Numbered from the stretch's first letter, positions 1 through 9,665 are shown. The stretch is 64,000 nt of DNA from an uncultured Gammaproteobacteria bacterium (GCA_965230945.1 OZ246397.1:239701-303700), one strand, 5' to 3'. Program-made: numbers and translations. The notes: generated by a model not told the origin, from the letters alone.

Positions 1-630
1 ACTGGCAATGGCCACTAGTTCTAAATCAAAACTATTACTCTTTAAATCTAAAAGTCTATTGGCTAAAAACCAACCTGTTGTCGCTCCAGCAATTAAAGTA
101 CTATGGACAATAGCCTTAGCTTTTTGGGGATATCTCCTTTTATCAATAACATGATGATCACAGACAATAACATCAACGCCTAACTCTTTAGCTTTAGTAA
201 CTTCTTTACCGGCAACAATACCGTGATCAACGGTGATGATTAATTTGACGCCATCCTTGGCAAATTCTTCAATTCTCTTAAACTTTAAACCATAACCTTC
301 AAGACGGGTAGGAATAAAAGGTAAGGCCTGGGCCTTTAACTTAGCTAAAGCCTCCCATAAAATAGCTGCCCCACAAATACCATCAGCATCATAATCGCCA
401 TAGACAATAATCCTTTCTTTGTTTTTGATGGCCATCTTTATTCTCTTGACAGCTTTTTTGATTTCGACAGCAGAAAGCCCTAAATCCTTAAAAGTTAAAT
501 CTTTAATTTTTTTAGGATCTAAAAACTCATCAATTTCTTTTTTTGTCTTTAATCCCTTGTTATTTAAGAGAATCTTAAGAAGCTGATCTTTATCTTTTAT
601 CTTTTCTTTATTTAATAATTTCCATTTCAT
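1..630 (-). CDS. recJ: Single-stranded-DNA exonuclease RecJ-like DHH phosphoesterase, N-terminal part; 3' end runs off the window
   Basis: Minus-strand ATG at 628-630. Translation begins MKWKLLNKEKIKDKDQLLKILLNNKGL and contains the ...VDVIVCDHH (DHH) motif. No stop before position 1. Confidence 0.7.
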   Translation of the reverse strand, partial: MKWKLLNKEKIKDKDQLLKILLNNKGLKTKKEIDEFLDPKKIKDLTFKDLGLSAVEIKKAVKRIKMAIKNKERIIVYGDYDADGICGAAILWEALAKLKAQALPFIPTRLEGYGLKFKRIEEFAKDGVKLIITVDHGIVAGKEVTKAKELGVDVIVCDHHVIDKRRYPQKAKAIVHSTLIAGATTGWFLANRLLDLKSNSFDLELVAIAS

Positions 631-660
631 TTTGAGTTTACGATAAACAAGCTCCGCTTA

Positions 661-672
661 TTGTGCTATAAT
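661..672 (+). promoter_or_regulatory. Extended -10 promoter (TGcTATAAT) for cca, about 30 nt upstream of its ATG
   Basis: Sequence ttgTGcTATAAT at 661-672 in the divergent recJ/cca intergenic region. Confidence 0.5.
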
Positions 673-703
673 TTGAATAGAAAACCACCATCATTTTACC
701 AAG

Positions 704-2095
704 ATGAAGCTTAACTTACCACCATTTGTTGAAAAAATAATTGCCACTTTTGAAAAGAATCACTACCAAATTTACATTGTCGGTGGAGCCATTCGTGACC
801 TTCTCATGAACAAAAAACCTCTTGATTGGGACTTTACTACCAATGCCAAGCCTAAAGTAATTCTCAGTCTCTTTCCTGATGCCTTCTATGACAATAAGTT
901 TGGTACTGTCGGTGTCGTCAACCCCAAAGAAAAAAAGAAAGATAAATATGGCAAACCTATTATCTACGAAATTACCACTTTCAGAAAAGAAACTGGTTAT
1001 TCAGATAAACGTCATCCAGACAGAGTCGTTTGGGGAAAAACTATTGAAGATGACCTCATTAGAAGAGATTTTACCATCAACGCCATCGCCTTAAAAAAAG
1101 AAAATAGCGAATTTAAACTTATTGATCCCCACCAAGGACAGCAAGATATTAAAAAGAAATTAATTAGAGCCGTTGGCAAAGCAGAAGAAAGATTTAAAGA
1201 AGATGCCCTGCGTATGATGAGGGCCATTAGAATTGCCACCCAACTAGGTTTTTCCATTGAGAATAAAACCTTCCAGGCTATTAAAAATAATGTAGACCTT
1301 ATTGACAATATTAGTAACGAGCGAATAAGAGATGAGCTTTTAAAACTTTTCTCCTACCAGCATAATGCTGATGGTTATATGCTTTTAAGGAATTCCGCCT
1401 TAGCTGAAAAAATCCTTCCCGAAACAGAAAAAGGCTTTGGTGTTGACCAAAAAAGCCCCAAAAGACATCACATCTGGGATGTTGGCACCCATTCGGTCAA
1501 ATCACTCCAAGTATCTAAATCAACCGATCCTATCGTCAATCTCGCCATCCTCCTTCATGATGCCGGCAAGCCTTGGGCAGCTAAAAAACAAAAAGACGGT
1601 ACCATTACTTTTTATAATCACGAAGTTATCAGCGCCACTATTGCTCAAAGTGTCGCCAAAAGATTAAAGCTTTCTAATAAAGACAGCAAAAGACTAGTCA
1701 CCTTAGTCAGATGGCATCAATTCACCGTCAATGAAAATCAAACTGATAAAGCTATTAGAAGATTTATAAAAAACGTTGGTCAGGAAAATCTAGAAGATAT
1801 GCTTACCCTAAGAAGAGCCGACAGATTAGGCGGCGGAGCCAGAGAAACCTCCTGGCGTTTAGAAAAATTCAAAAAGAAATTAAAAGCAGTTCAAAAACAA
1901 CCCTTTAAAATAACTGACCTTAAAGTCAATGGCAAAGATGTCATGAGCGTTCTTAAAATAAAGTCAGGACCAATGATAGGAAAGATCTTAAACAGCCTTT
2001 TTGAAGAAGTCGTTAATAAAAAAATAGAAAATAAAAGAGAAGTACTTCTGAAAAGGATAAAGGGAATCTTAAGGCAAATTAAAGCCAATAGGTGA
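704..2095 (+). CDS. cca: CCA-adding tRNA nucleotidyltransferase / poly(A) polymerase family with HD domain
   Basis: N-terminal GGAIRD...DWDF nucleotidyltransferase motif and a central HD motif (LLHDAGKP); 463 aa. Consistent with the tRNA-Pro in this window lacking an encoded CCA. Confidence 0.85.
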   Translation: MKLNLPPFVEKIIATFEKNHYQIYIVGGAIRDLLMNKKPLDWDFTTNAKPKVILSLFPDAFYDNKFGTVGVVNPKEKKKDKYGKPIIYEITTFRKETGYSDKRHPDRVVWGKTIEDDLIRRDFTINAIALKKENSEFKLIDPHQGQQDIKKKLIRAVGKAEERFKEDALRMMRAIRIATQLGFSIENKTFQAIKNNVDLIDNISNERIRDELLKLFSYQHNADGYMLLRNSALAEKILPETEKGFGVDQKSPKRHHIWDVGTHSVKSLQVSKSTDPIVNLAILLHDAGKPWAAKKQKDGTITFYNHEVISATIAQSVAKRLKLSNKDSKRLVTLVRWHQFTVNENQTDKAIRRFIKNVGQENLEDMLTLRRADRLGGGARETSWRLEKFKKKLKAVQKQPFKITDLKVNGKDVMSVLKIKSGPMIGKILNSLFEEVVNKKIENKREVLLKRIKGILRQIKANR

Positions 2096-2128
2096 AAATA
2101 ATAAATCACCCTGGGGGTAAAATTTATT

Positions 2129-2902
2129 TTATTTCCTGGCGATATAGAGACCGTAACCCATGTATTCCAGAAATTTAAAGACGCTTTTGGGCATCCCTAA
2201 AGATTCTCTGATAAAGTTTCGGTAGGAAGGATTAACCAAGCTGCCAATAAGAAACCTATACCAGGCTCTAATAAAATCCCTGAACTCAAAGGTTTTGATT
2301 TCTTCAATAAACTGGCTGACAAGCGTCATCTTGTAGGTTTTCTCTTCAATATTCTTTAATCCCGCTTCTTTTAAGAGTTTCTGCCAGCCTTTGGAATTTC
2401 GGAATTCCGGTCCACCCATCAGACGGGAGAGATATTCAACTAATTCAGGCGGTGGCGTTTTCAGCCAAAGACATTCATTAAGCCCAACAAATCCTCCGGG
2501 TTTTGTCACTCGCAAATATTCCTTAATAGCTTTTACCTTATCATTAACAAAGGCGATAACCGACTCGCTGACAACGGCATCAAAAAGATTATCTTTAAAA
2601 GGAAGCTTTTGGGCGTCAGCCGTTCTAAATTCAACCTTCCCTTCCAAACCTTTTCTTCTTGCTCTTTCCTTTGCTCTGGCTATCATTCTTTCGGAGATAT
2701 CAACGCCAACCACTTTTACCCCGTATCTTTCCGCCAGATAACAAGGGGTTGTTCCAATACCGCAACCAACCACCAAAACAAACTTGCCTTTTTCCATATG
2801 GCACAGTTTAGCCAGTTCTTTGGTTGCTCTTAAACCGCCGAGATGTTTGGTAATGCCGAAATCAGCTTGTATTTCAAAGTAAAGGGAATCTTTTGAGTTC
2901 AT
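2129..2902 (-). CDS. Class I SAM-dependent methyltransferase (small-molecule type, Methyltransf_11/25-like)
   Basis: VLVVGCGIGT...VGVDISERM...DAVVSE motifs I-III. No DPPY/NPPY DNA-methyltransferase motif. Confidence 0.75.
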   Translation of the reverse strand: MNSKDSLYFEIQADFGITKHLGGLRATKELAKLCHMEKGKFVLVVGCGIGTTPCYLAERYGVKVVGVDISERMIARAKERARRKGLEGKVEFRTADAQKLPFKDNLFDAVVSESVIAFVNDKVKAIKEYLRVTKPGGFVGLNECLWLKTPPPELVEYLSRLMGGPEFRNSKGWQKLLKEAGLKNIEEKTYKMTLVSQFIEEIKTFEFRDFIRAWYRFLIGSLVNPSYRNFIRESLGMPKSVFKFLEYMGYGLYIARK

Positions 2903-2919
2903 ACTTTATTCTAACAGAA

Positions 2920-3828
2920 TCAAAATGGCAGATCCTCGCTATAATCTTCATCTTTGATACCTTTAGTAAATTCCTTAACTTTTTCTTTTTCCGGGCAAAA
3001 AGTTTTAAAGATACAAAACTTACAGAAATTGCTTGGTTTAGTCTTAAATTCTTTAGTCTGATTGATTAAATCTATTTTTTTGATAATTTCACTTTTCAAA
3101 TCTTCAGTATCTTGCGCATCTAATTCAAATTCCTTCCGACTACCTGACCTAAGAAAAAAGAAGCTAGCTTTGTTTGCTGGTTTTTTAAATTTTTCTTCAG
3201 CCAGAACTTTATAAAATTTTAATTGAAAACTACTATTACCTTCACTCTTACCAGTTTTAAAATCAATGATATGAAGACTTTCGTCTTTATTTTCTGTGAT
3301 AAGATCAAACTTACCAGAAATATCAAAATCTTCATTTATGGGGGTAATAAGATCTTGATAATCTTTGATAGAATGACGAATATCACTGGTCGGTAAATAT
3401 ATAATTTTTGAATCTTTAATTTGCATAGAGAAAAAATTCTTCAGCATTAAAAGAGCTTGGCTATACGCTTCTCTTTCTTCCTCTATACTTTTAAAACCAC
3501 CCCATTTCCCCAATGGCATTTTTTTATTCCTTTGGGCTTCGCTTGTCCAAGTTCCTTTTAAAGTATTTTTAAGGTTTTCCCAAGTACGTACGTCCTCTTG
3601 GGCATGAAAGAATAAAGTAATGGCATTGTGGATAGCACGACCCAAAGTAAAAAAACTAAAAATATTTTCCGGCATTTTATTTAACTCACTTTTCATTTTG
3701 GAATAAATAGGGTCAAGATAATTGAATTGATATGATTTTGGGCATTTCTCAAACGAATTCAGCTTTGAAGGAGAATAAATCTTATCGTAGTTAATATTTT
3801 GTTTTACTATTTTTTTAATATCAGACAT
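2920..3828 (-). CDS. PD-(D/E)XK nuclease, Cas4/RecB-like with four-Cys cluster (standalone; no CRISPR nearby)
   Basis: N-terminal YSPSKLNSFEKCPKSYQFNY, core IIDFKTGK, and C-terminal CKFCIFKTFC (one N-terminal Cys plus three C-terminal Cys, typical of the Cas4/DUF83 Fe-S nuclease). Confidence 0.7.
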   Translation of the reverse strand: MSDIKKIVKQNINYDKIYSPSKLNSFEKCPKSYQFNYLDPIYSKMKSELNKMPENIFSFFTLGRAIHNAITLFFHAQEDVRTWENLKNTLKGTWTSEAQRNKKMPLGKWGGFKSIEEEREAYSQALLMLKNFFSMQIKDSKIIYLPTSDIRHSIKDYQDLITPINEDFDISGKFDLITENKDESLHIIDFKTGKSEGNSSFQLKFYKVLAEEKFKKPANKASFFFLRSGSRKEFELDAQDTEDLKSEIIKKIDLINQTKEFKTKPSNFCKFCIFKTFCPEKEKVKEFTKGIKDEDYSEDLPF

Positions 3829-3972
3829 AAAAAGTATTTTACCCTCTCAAGAATCTTAAGGCAAATTTAGGTAGATGTGGAAGAAGTTATTAAACTAAAC
3901 CGGGGCTGTGAGATTACCGCCGTCAACAATCTTGGCAATTAACAAAGTAGCTTCTTTTAATTTTTCTTCCAT

Positions 3973-4566
3973 TTAAGTTTTCGTTGGATTTTTAAATATC
4001 TTTCCGTGTCCGGGAATAATCCAGTCAGCAATTTTTAAAACTTTCTTCCTGCTCTTTAGCAACGCTTTTTTGTCCTTAACATAGATATCCTTTAGCTTAA
4101 GCAAAGAATCTTTATCAGTCTTTTGCTTTTGATCTACACTCCACCAAAAAAGATCACCAACTATAGCAACTAAACCTCTTTTTGTTGGAACTAACAACGA
4201 ACAGTCTGACGAATTATGGCCAGGGGTAGAAATAATTTTTAAATTCGTTCCCGGAATAACTCCCTTATGGTTCTTCGCCTTATCCTGAAAATAAATCAGC
4301 TTATCATCTAAAATCCGTGCTTTGGGGAAAATTCCTGCAAGAAGAAAATGATCTACATGCCAATGAGTTATTAAAACAAAAGCTATATTATCAGGCTTTA
4401 AATTTTCTTTTTTAAGCTCTTTTAAAAGAAGCTCTCTGTTGTTTCCTGGGTCAATAATAGCATTCGCTCTATCATTTTGGACCAAAACTACTGTTGGTGT
4501 TGCATGCCAAACATAACCGGGAGATTTTTTATCGTAGCCTTGGATTAGAATTTTTACCTTCGCCAT
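3973..4566 (-). CDS. MBL-fold metallo-hydrolase
   Basis: THWHVDH motif plus downstream His/Asp ligands. I prefer the ATG at 4566 (MAKVKILIQGY) over the TTG at 4584. A TGgTAAAAT extended -10 lies 8 nt upstream. Confidence 0.7.
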   Translation of the reverse strand: MAKVKILIQGYDKKSPGYVWHATPTVVLVQNDRANAIIDPGNNRELLLKELKKENLKPDNIAFVLITHWHVDHFLLAGIFPKARILDDKLIYFQDKAKNHKGVIPGTNLKIISTPGHNSSDCSLLVPTKRGLVAIVGDLFWWSVDQKQKTDKDSLLKLKDIYVKDKKALLKSRKKVLKIADWIIPGHGKIFKNPTKT

Positions 4567-4706
4567 GTGTATTAATTTTACCAAATTTCAGGAGAAATTT
4601 CTTATTGGGCGAGGCAGCAGGAATTTAGGTTCTTAAAAAGATCCTTAGGTTTCTACCTATCCAACACCCGGTGTTAATTCCGGGTACTAGTTTCTTTCTT
4701 TCATTT

Positions 4707-5084
4707 TTAGCAACTCATCCAGATTAACCAAACGCCCAAAAGAATTACAACTAGTAACAAGATTTGCGTTAGTACTGGTTTGTTCTGAAATTTTAGAGCT
4801 ACTTTTCGAATAACTCCAGGAAAGGCAATTCTGCTAATACCTTTGATTAAAGAAATCCAGCCAAAGATAGTAATAACAACTCTCCAGTCAGCCACCCATA
4901 CATTATGTAAAATTATTGTAACCAAACCTAAAGATAAAGCTAAATATCCAGAAAGCAATGTAAAACCTTTATCCTCAACTAACTTAAATATATCCTCTAA
5001 GCTTTTTCTTCTTAAAAGAAAAACCAGACAGACAATAACCAAAAGCCATCCCCAAAATTTTGCCAAAAAATTCTCTACTCCCAC
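4707..5084 (-). CDS. Small hypothetical membrane protein (3-4 TM segments)
   Basis: Hydrophobic segments throughout; no recognisable motif. Confidence 0.4.
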   Translation of the reverse strand: MGVENFLAKFWGWLLVIVCLVFLLRRKSLEDIFKLVEDKGFTLLSGYLALSLGLVTIILHNVWVADWRVVITIFGWISLIKGISRIAFPGVIRKVALKFQNKPVLTQILLLVVILLGVWLIWMSC

Positions 5085-5303
5085 TTCTCCTCACCTCCTT
5101 TCGTTAGAAATTTACTAAGCAACCCCGAGTATTAACAAGCTTTAGATAAATTATAACAAATTTCAGGGAAAATTTTTGAAAGACAGTCTGGAGCGACAGA
5201 ATTTTAAGGTTTCCATCTCCTACCTTTGGTATTTTTTTTCAAAAGCTTGTCTAAAATCTTTTTAGCAATTGGGGAACTCTACAAACTTATGATAGGATTA
5301 GGT

Positions 5304-5987
5304 ATGAGAGTGAGGAAAAAGAAACTTAAAGGAAACTGGCTAAAATGGGGTGGATTGTTGGGAACTTTGCTTTTAGTTCCTTCCCTAATTTTAAACATCT
5401 TTCTTTTCCAAAAAACCCAAAAATTAGGTCAAGGGATAAAGGTTCTTGAGGTTTTGGATGGTGATACCATTTTGCTTGATGGCAAAGTCAGATTAAGATT
5501 AAGGCATCTTGACGCTCCGGAGCTTGAGTTTTGCGGCGGTAAGGAAGCTAAAGATTTGCTGACCGGTTTGGTGAAAGACAAAAAAGTGATTTTGGCAGAA
5601 TATATTTTAGACCAACGGGGTCGACCCCTAGCTCTAGTTTACTTAGACAATAAACTGATTAATGAAGAAATCTTAAAATCAGGTTGGGCCAGATACCACT
5701 CTGACCAAACTTCACAAACTGAACAATTAAAAGCAACTGCCCAAAAAGCCAAAGAAGAGAAAAAAGGTATTTTTAGCCCCCAATGCTATCAAACGGAAAA
5801 TCTTAAAAATCCCAAATGTAATATCAAAGGCAACGTTGATAAAGCTACTGACACAAGATTATATTATTATCCCGGCTGCGCTCAATACAAATTTACCATT
5901 GTGGAAAAGGACATTGGCGAGGATTGGTTTTGCACAGAAAAAGAAGCACAAAGGGCAGGATTTGAAAAAGCAAAAACTTGCTATTAG
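5304..5987 (+). CDS. nuc: Secreted/anchored thermonuclease (SNase-like) with Cys-containing C-terminal domain
   Basis: Signal/TM segment, SNase motif LDGDTI...RLRHLDAPE, and a C-terminal CNIKGN...YYYPGC...FC...AGF..KTC domain seen in secreted nucleases. The ATG at 5304 follows an AGGATTAGGT SD; the ORF track starts it at 5226. Confidence 0.75.
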   Translation: MRVRKKKLKGNWLKWGGLLGTLLLVPSLILNIFLFQKTQKLGQGIKVLEVLDGDTILLDGKVRLRLRHLDAPELEFCGGKEAKDLLTGLVKDKKVILAEYILDQRGRPLALVYLDNKLINEEILKSGWARYHSDQTSQTEQLKATAQKAKEEKKGIFSPQCYQTENLKNPKCNIKGNVDKATDTRLYYYPGCAQYKFTIVEKDIGEDWFCTEKEAQRAGFEKAKTCY

Positions 5988-6006
5988 TAATTATTGAAAA
6001 GATTAT

Positions 6007-7203
6007 TTATTTCTTCTTCGAAGCTCTATAAGAAGCTTTGACATCTAGGACAAAGGCTCCCAGACCGATGGTGATAAAGGCAAAAGAGGTAAGTCCACCA
6101 ATTATCGGTAATACGGTTAAAATATAATAGATTACCAAACCAATCGCCAATCCCCAACCTAAAGGATTCTTAATCTTAGTGTTAGAGAGAATCTTATTAC
6201 CAATAAAGAAGGCCACAAAGATTTTACTGAAATAGACAGCTAGAGCAAATAAAGGAATAAGAATGAATAGAAAAGGAATACCAATGATGCTGATGGCTAA
6301 AAAGACAACTGAAAAAGCCAAGATAATAGGAGTTAAAACACCAACTCCTAAACTCGCCAATGGTCTTTTTTGAATAACCTCAATGACTCCCTTGGTACGC
6401 TTAGGGAAAAGATATAAGAAAAGCAAACCTAAACCGATGGCAATGAGAAGAGCAACAAATTTAAGATAAAAACTGATGCCGATTACTCCCAGGAAAGCAA
6501 TCGGAGCAAAACCCTTTAAAAATCCTTTTTTAGGAAAACCTGTTTTCTTGGCCATCTCTTCATAATTAGTTTCTCCTAACACCATTCCCTCTTCGATCTC
6601 TACTTCTTGAGGCGCTTGATAGCTTAAATCACCCATTATTCTAGTTCCTTCATTAAAATTAGCCTTTTGAAATGATCCTTTGAAATTACGACCAACTAAA
6701 CTGGCAAGATTAACTTCCTGAGCATAAACAGTTACATCTCTACCAACAGGACCACTTAAATTAACTATCTGACCACCGGCTAAAGCGCTCCCTGAAATTT
6801 GTGCTTTATTACTAACCGTTAAGGTATTGCCAAAAATGGTTATATTCTTACCCACTAAACCGCTTATAGAAATAGTATTAGCGACTAGCCGAAGATCATC
6901 AGTTACTTCACCAGAGAAAATAATTGTATTTGCCCCGGCAATTAAATCGCCATTAATAATCCCATCAACAACTAAATTATTAGTGCCGACGAAAACATCA
7001 CCGTTAACAATACCAGAGATAGTTACCGTGCTTCCGGCTAAATAGAGATCACGATCGATAACTTCATCTTGAGTAATGACGACATTCTGTGGTTGCTTAT
7101 CAGCAGAAGAAGTCGCTTTCCCAAAAGCTAAAGCATCTTTATTAAAGAAAGAGAAACAAATTAAGAAAGTTAAAATGGCAAAAAGAAACCTTTTCATCAT
7201 CAA
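6007..7203 (-). CDS. Signal-peptide protein with bactofilin/DUF583-like beta-helical repeats and a C-terminal polytopic membrane domain
   Basis: N-terminal signal peptide, repeated (I/V)xGxVxGD(I/L) hexapeptide-like units over about 150 aa, then 5-6 TM helices. Confidence 0.5.
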   Translation of the reverse strand: MMMKRFLFAILTFLICFSFFNKDALAFGKATSSADKQPQNVVITQDEVIDRDLYLAGSTVTISGIVNGDVFVGTNNLVVDGIINGDLIAGANTIIFSGEVTDDLRLVANTISISGLVGKNITIFGNTLTVSNKAQISGSALAGGQIVNLSGPVGRDVTVYAQEVNLASLVGRNFKGSFQKANFNEGTRIMGDLSYQAPQEVEIEEGMVLGETNYEEMAKKTGFPKKGFLKGFAPIAFLGVIGISFYLKFVALLIAIGLGLLFLYLFPKRTKGVIEVIQKRPLASLGVGVLTPIILAFSVVFLAISIIGIPFLFILIPLFALAVYFSKIFVAFFIGNKILSNTKIKNPLGWGLAIGLVIYYILTVLPIIGGLTSFAFITIGLGAFVLDVKASYRASKKK

Positions 7204-7238
7204 AGTTAAAAATAGCAGACTTTATTTTAAAAGTCAAA

Positions 7239-8111
7239 CTATTTCTTTTCTTTTATCTTATGCCAGACGACCAAAAGAGGCACGGCATTAAAGGTTGAGG
7301 AGTAAGTACCAGAAACAGTTCCGATAAGCAAGGCTAAAACAAACCATTTAATAGTCACCCCACCTAAAAGAAATAGAGCTACTAACATAAAGATAATCGT
7401 CAGAGAGTTGTTTAAAGATCTGGATAAAGTTTCGGTAATGGCTTTGTTGGCTAAATCCCCAAAGTCAGCTTTGGGATAAAGCTTTTGCGATTCTCTTATT
7501 CTGTCATAAACGACAATGGTATCATGAACTGAAAAAGACAAAATAGTAAGAAGGGCTGTCACAAACAAGGTATCAACTTCAATCCCGGCAAAATATCCCA
7601 ACAAAGAAAAAGCGCCTATTAAGACCAAGCTATCATGGAACATAGCTAAAATAGCACATACACCAAATTTAGCATTTTTAAAACGCCAGGCTACATAGCC
7701 CATGATAAGACCAGCCGCCAAAATAATGGCAATAATAGTTTTTGTCAAAAGCTCTTTACCTAAAGTCGGTCCTACTGTCTCAAGGCGAAGTTCCTCAGGA
7801 GATTGATCAAACTTCTCTTGAAAAATATCTTTTATCTTAATCGTTTGTTCACTATCTAGTGGCGGCAAACGTAAAAGAAAAGTGTTCCTTCCAGAAGTTT
7901 GAATGGAATTAACTTGATACTCATTAACTTCTAAAACTTCTTTTATTTCTTCTTTAGTCACTTCATTTACAAACTTGTATTCTGCTAAAGTACCGCCGGT
8001 AAAATCAATGGCCGGTTTTAAGCCAAAAAGAACTAAAGAAACAATACCTGGAATAATAACCAAAGCTGAAATTAAAAAGTAAAGATATTTATAGCGCATC
8101 CACTTAATCAT
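7239..8111 (-). CDS. secF: Protein translocase subunit SecF
   Basis: SecD/SecF C-terminal six-TM domain; start codon overlaps the secD stop. Confidence 0.9.
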   Translation of the reverse strand: MIKWMRYKYLYFLISALVIIPGIVSLVLFGLKPAIDFTGGTLAEYKFVNEVTKEEIKEVLEVNEYQVNSIQTSGRNTFLLRLPPLDSEQTIKIKDIFQEKFDQSPEELRLETVGPTLGKELLTKTIIAIILAAGLIMGYVAWRFKNAKFGVCAILAMFHDSLVLIGAFSLLGYFAGIEVDTLFVTALLTILSFSVHDTIVVYDRIRESQKLYPKADFGDLANKAITETLSRSLNNSLTIIFMLVALFLLGGVTIKWFVLALLIGTVSGTYSSTFNAVPLLVVWHKIKEKK

Positions 8112-9454
8112 TTTTTCACCTCCGCTTTAGAAAAGACTCTTAATAATGTCCTGGTAACAACAATACCGGTAAATAAACTTAAAATAACACCTATGCTTAA
8201 AGTCAAGGCAAAGCCTCTAACCATTCCTGAAGTATTTAAAAAAGGCCAACTAAAAGGATTAAATAAAATAAAACAAGTGATTAAGGTGGCCATATTAGCA
8301 TCACGAATAGAATCCCAAGCCCTGCCAAAACCAAGCTCCATGGCTAAAGCTCTCGGCTTACCAGCTCGAAGCTCTTCCTTCATTCTTTCAAAAATCAAAA
8401 TGTTGGCATCCACGGCCATACCTACTGATAAGATAAAACCAGCCATCCCCGGTAAAGTCAAAGTCACCGGAAGCAACTTATAAATAGCCAGGGTTACCAA
8501 TCCATAAATAATTAAGGCCATATCTGCTAAAAGACCTAATTTACCATAATAAAGAGCCATAAAAACAATGACCATTAAAAGCCCTATTAATCCCGCCCAG
8601 ACACTTTTCTGCACTGATTCAGCTCCTAAGTTAGCCCCAATATTACGCTGTTCAATAAGCTTAATGGGAACTGGCAAAGCTCCAGCATTCAACTGAATAG
8701 AAAGTTTTTTGGCCTCCTCAACGGTGAACTCGCCACTAATAATGGCTTCACCGGCGGTAATTTGTTCCTGAACCCTAGGAACAGTCACCGGTATTTCATC
8801 TAAAAAGATGGCCACTGGCCTACCAATATTGCGCTTGGTAATTTCTGAGAATTTTTCTGCTCCTTCAGAAGAAAAAATTAACCCCACTGATGGCTGGCCG
8901 GTATTTTGATCAAACTTAACTTCTGATCTTGATAAATCCTTTCCCGTTAAACCGGTCGGTTTAAAATCAAAAATAGAAGCTGCTTCAGTTGCTTCCCCCT
9001 CTAATTCCCTAAAATCCAATTGAGCTGTTTGTCCAATTAAATTAACAGCCTCACTAATATCACTAATACCGGCAAGCTCAACAATTAAACGATAATCATT
9101 ACCTACCCTAGAAGTTTGAATAACAGGCTCGGTAACTCCAAAAAGATTAATCCTTTTTTCAATATTATCCTTAGCCGCCTCAACGGCTGTTTTTTGATCT
9201 TCTTTTTTAACATCTGACATATCGGCTTGAAAAACTAAATGAGTACCACCAGCTAAATCAATTCCTTTTTTAATTTCCAAATCTCTTTGTAGACGAAAAC
9301 TACCCAATCGCCAATCAATCCCAGGACGTCTAAATTCCTCATCTATCTTGAAGTTTTTAAAACTAAATTTAATGGGAATCTTGCCAGGAAGTGAGACAAA
9401 TAAAGAAAACAAAGCTAAAACAACAATAAACCAAAGCAAACGACGAGTCTTCAT
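8108..9454 (-). CDS. secD: Protein translocase subunit SecD
   Basis: Periplasmic domain plus a six-TM SecD_SecF domain, 448 aa. Confidence 0.9.
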   Translation of the reverse strand: MKTRRLLWFIVVLALFSLFVSLPGKIPIKFSFKNFKIDEEFRRPGIDWRLGSFRLQRDLEIKKGIDLAGGTHLVFQADMSDVKKEDQKTAVEAAKDNIEKRINLFGVTEPVIQTSRVGNDYRLIVELAGISDISEAVNLIGQTAQLDFRELEGEATEAASIFDFKPTGLTGKDLSRSEVKFDQNTGQPSVGLIFSSEGAEKFSEITKRNIGRPVAIFLDEIPVTVPRVQEQITAGEAIISGEFTVEEAKKLSIQLNAGALPVPIKLIEQRNIGANLGAESVQKSVWAGLIGLLMVIVFMALYYGKLGLLADMALIIYGLVTLAIYKLLPVTLTLPGMAGFILSVGMAVDANILIFERMKEELRAGKPRALAMELGFGRAWDSIRDANMATLITCFILFNPFSWPFLNTSGMVRGFALTLSIGVILSLFTGIVVTRTLLRVFSKAEVKK

Positions 9455-9657
9455 TTCTTTATTCTTTTCTTTCTAACGAGGCTTTGGGAGAGAGGAAGCT
9501 GTTTGGTGCCCGAAAAGCTGTAAATGACTTGACCAGTTTCTGGCTTAACCTCCACCTCAACTTCTCCACCCGATTTAATTCCCAAAGATTGGGCAAACCG
9601 AGAAGGAACGGTTACTGCCAAGCTATTACCAGTCTTAATAATTTTTTGTTTACCCAT
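9451..9657 (-). CDS. AbrB/MazE/SpoVT-family swapped-hairpin DNA-binding protein
   Basis: KIIKTGNSLAVTVPSRFAQSLGIKSGGEVEVEV matches the AbrB/MazE fold; ATGA overlap with the secD start. Confidence 0.55.
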   Translation of the reverse strand: MGKQKIIKTGNSLAVTVPSRFAQSLGIKSGGEVEVEVKPETGQVIYSFSGTKQLPLSQSLVRKKRIKK

Positions 9658-9665
9658 TTTAAAAG

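Noticed and set aside
879-1308. ORF-track entries antisense to or nested within cca. The same applies to track ORFs 1437-1667 and 1891-2109 inside cca and to many others inside rpoB, rpoC, fusA, tuf and rny (e.g. 21461-21910, 43398-43796, 50691-50984).
   Set aside because: They overlap well-conserved genes on the other strand or frame and have low-complexity Ser/Leu/Phe-rich translations typical of spurious ORFs in AT-rich DNA.
2091-2110. Hairpin GGUGA-(10 nt)-UCACC overlapping the cca stop between convergent genes.
   Set aside because: 5-bp stem with a large loop and no flanking U-tract on the + strand; too weak to call a terminator.
3895-3972. 25-codon ORF (MEEKLKEATLLIAKIVDGGNLTAPV) starting at the TAAATG overlap with the MBL-hydrolase stop.
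   Set aside because: No SD, no recognisable motif, and short enough to arise by chance.
5085-5303. Possible riboswitch/attenuator in the 219-nt leader of the thermonuclease gene (hairpin AAGGU...ACCUU followed by a U8 tract at 5206-5239).
   Set aside because: The stem is only 5 bp with an 11-nt loop, and there is no match to a riboswitch consensus I recognise. Noted as unusually long leader only.
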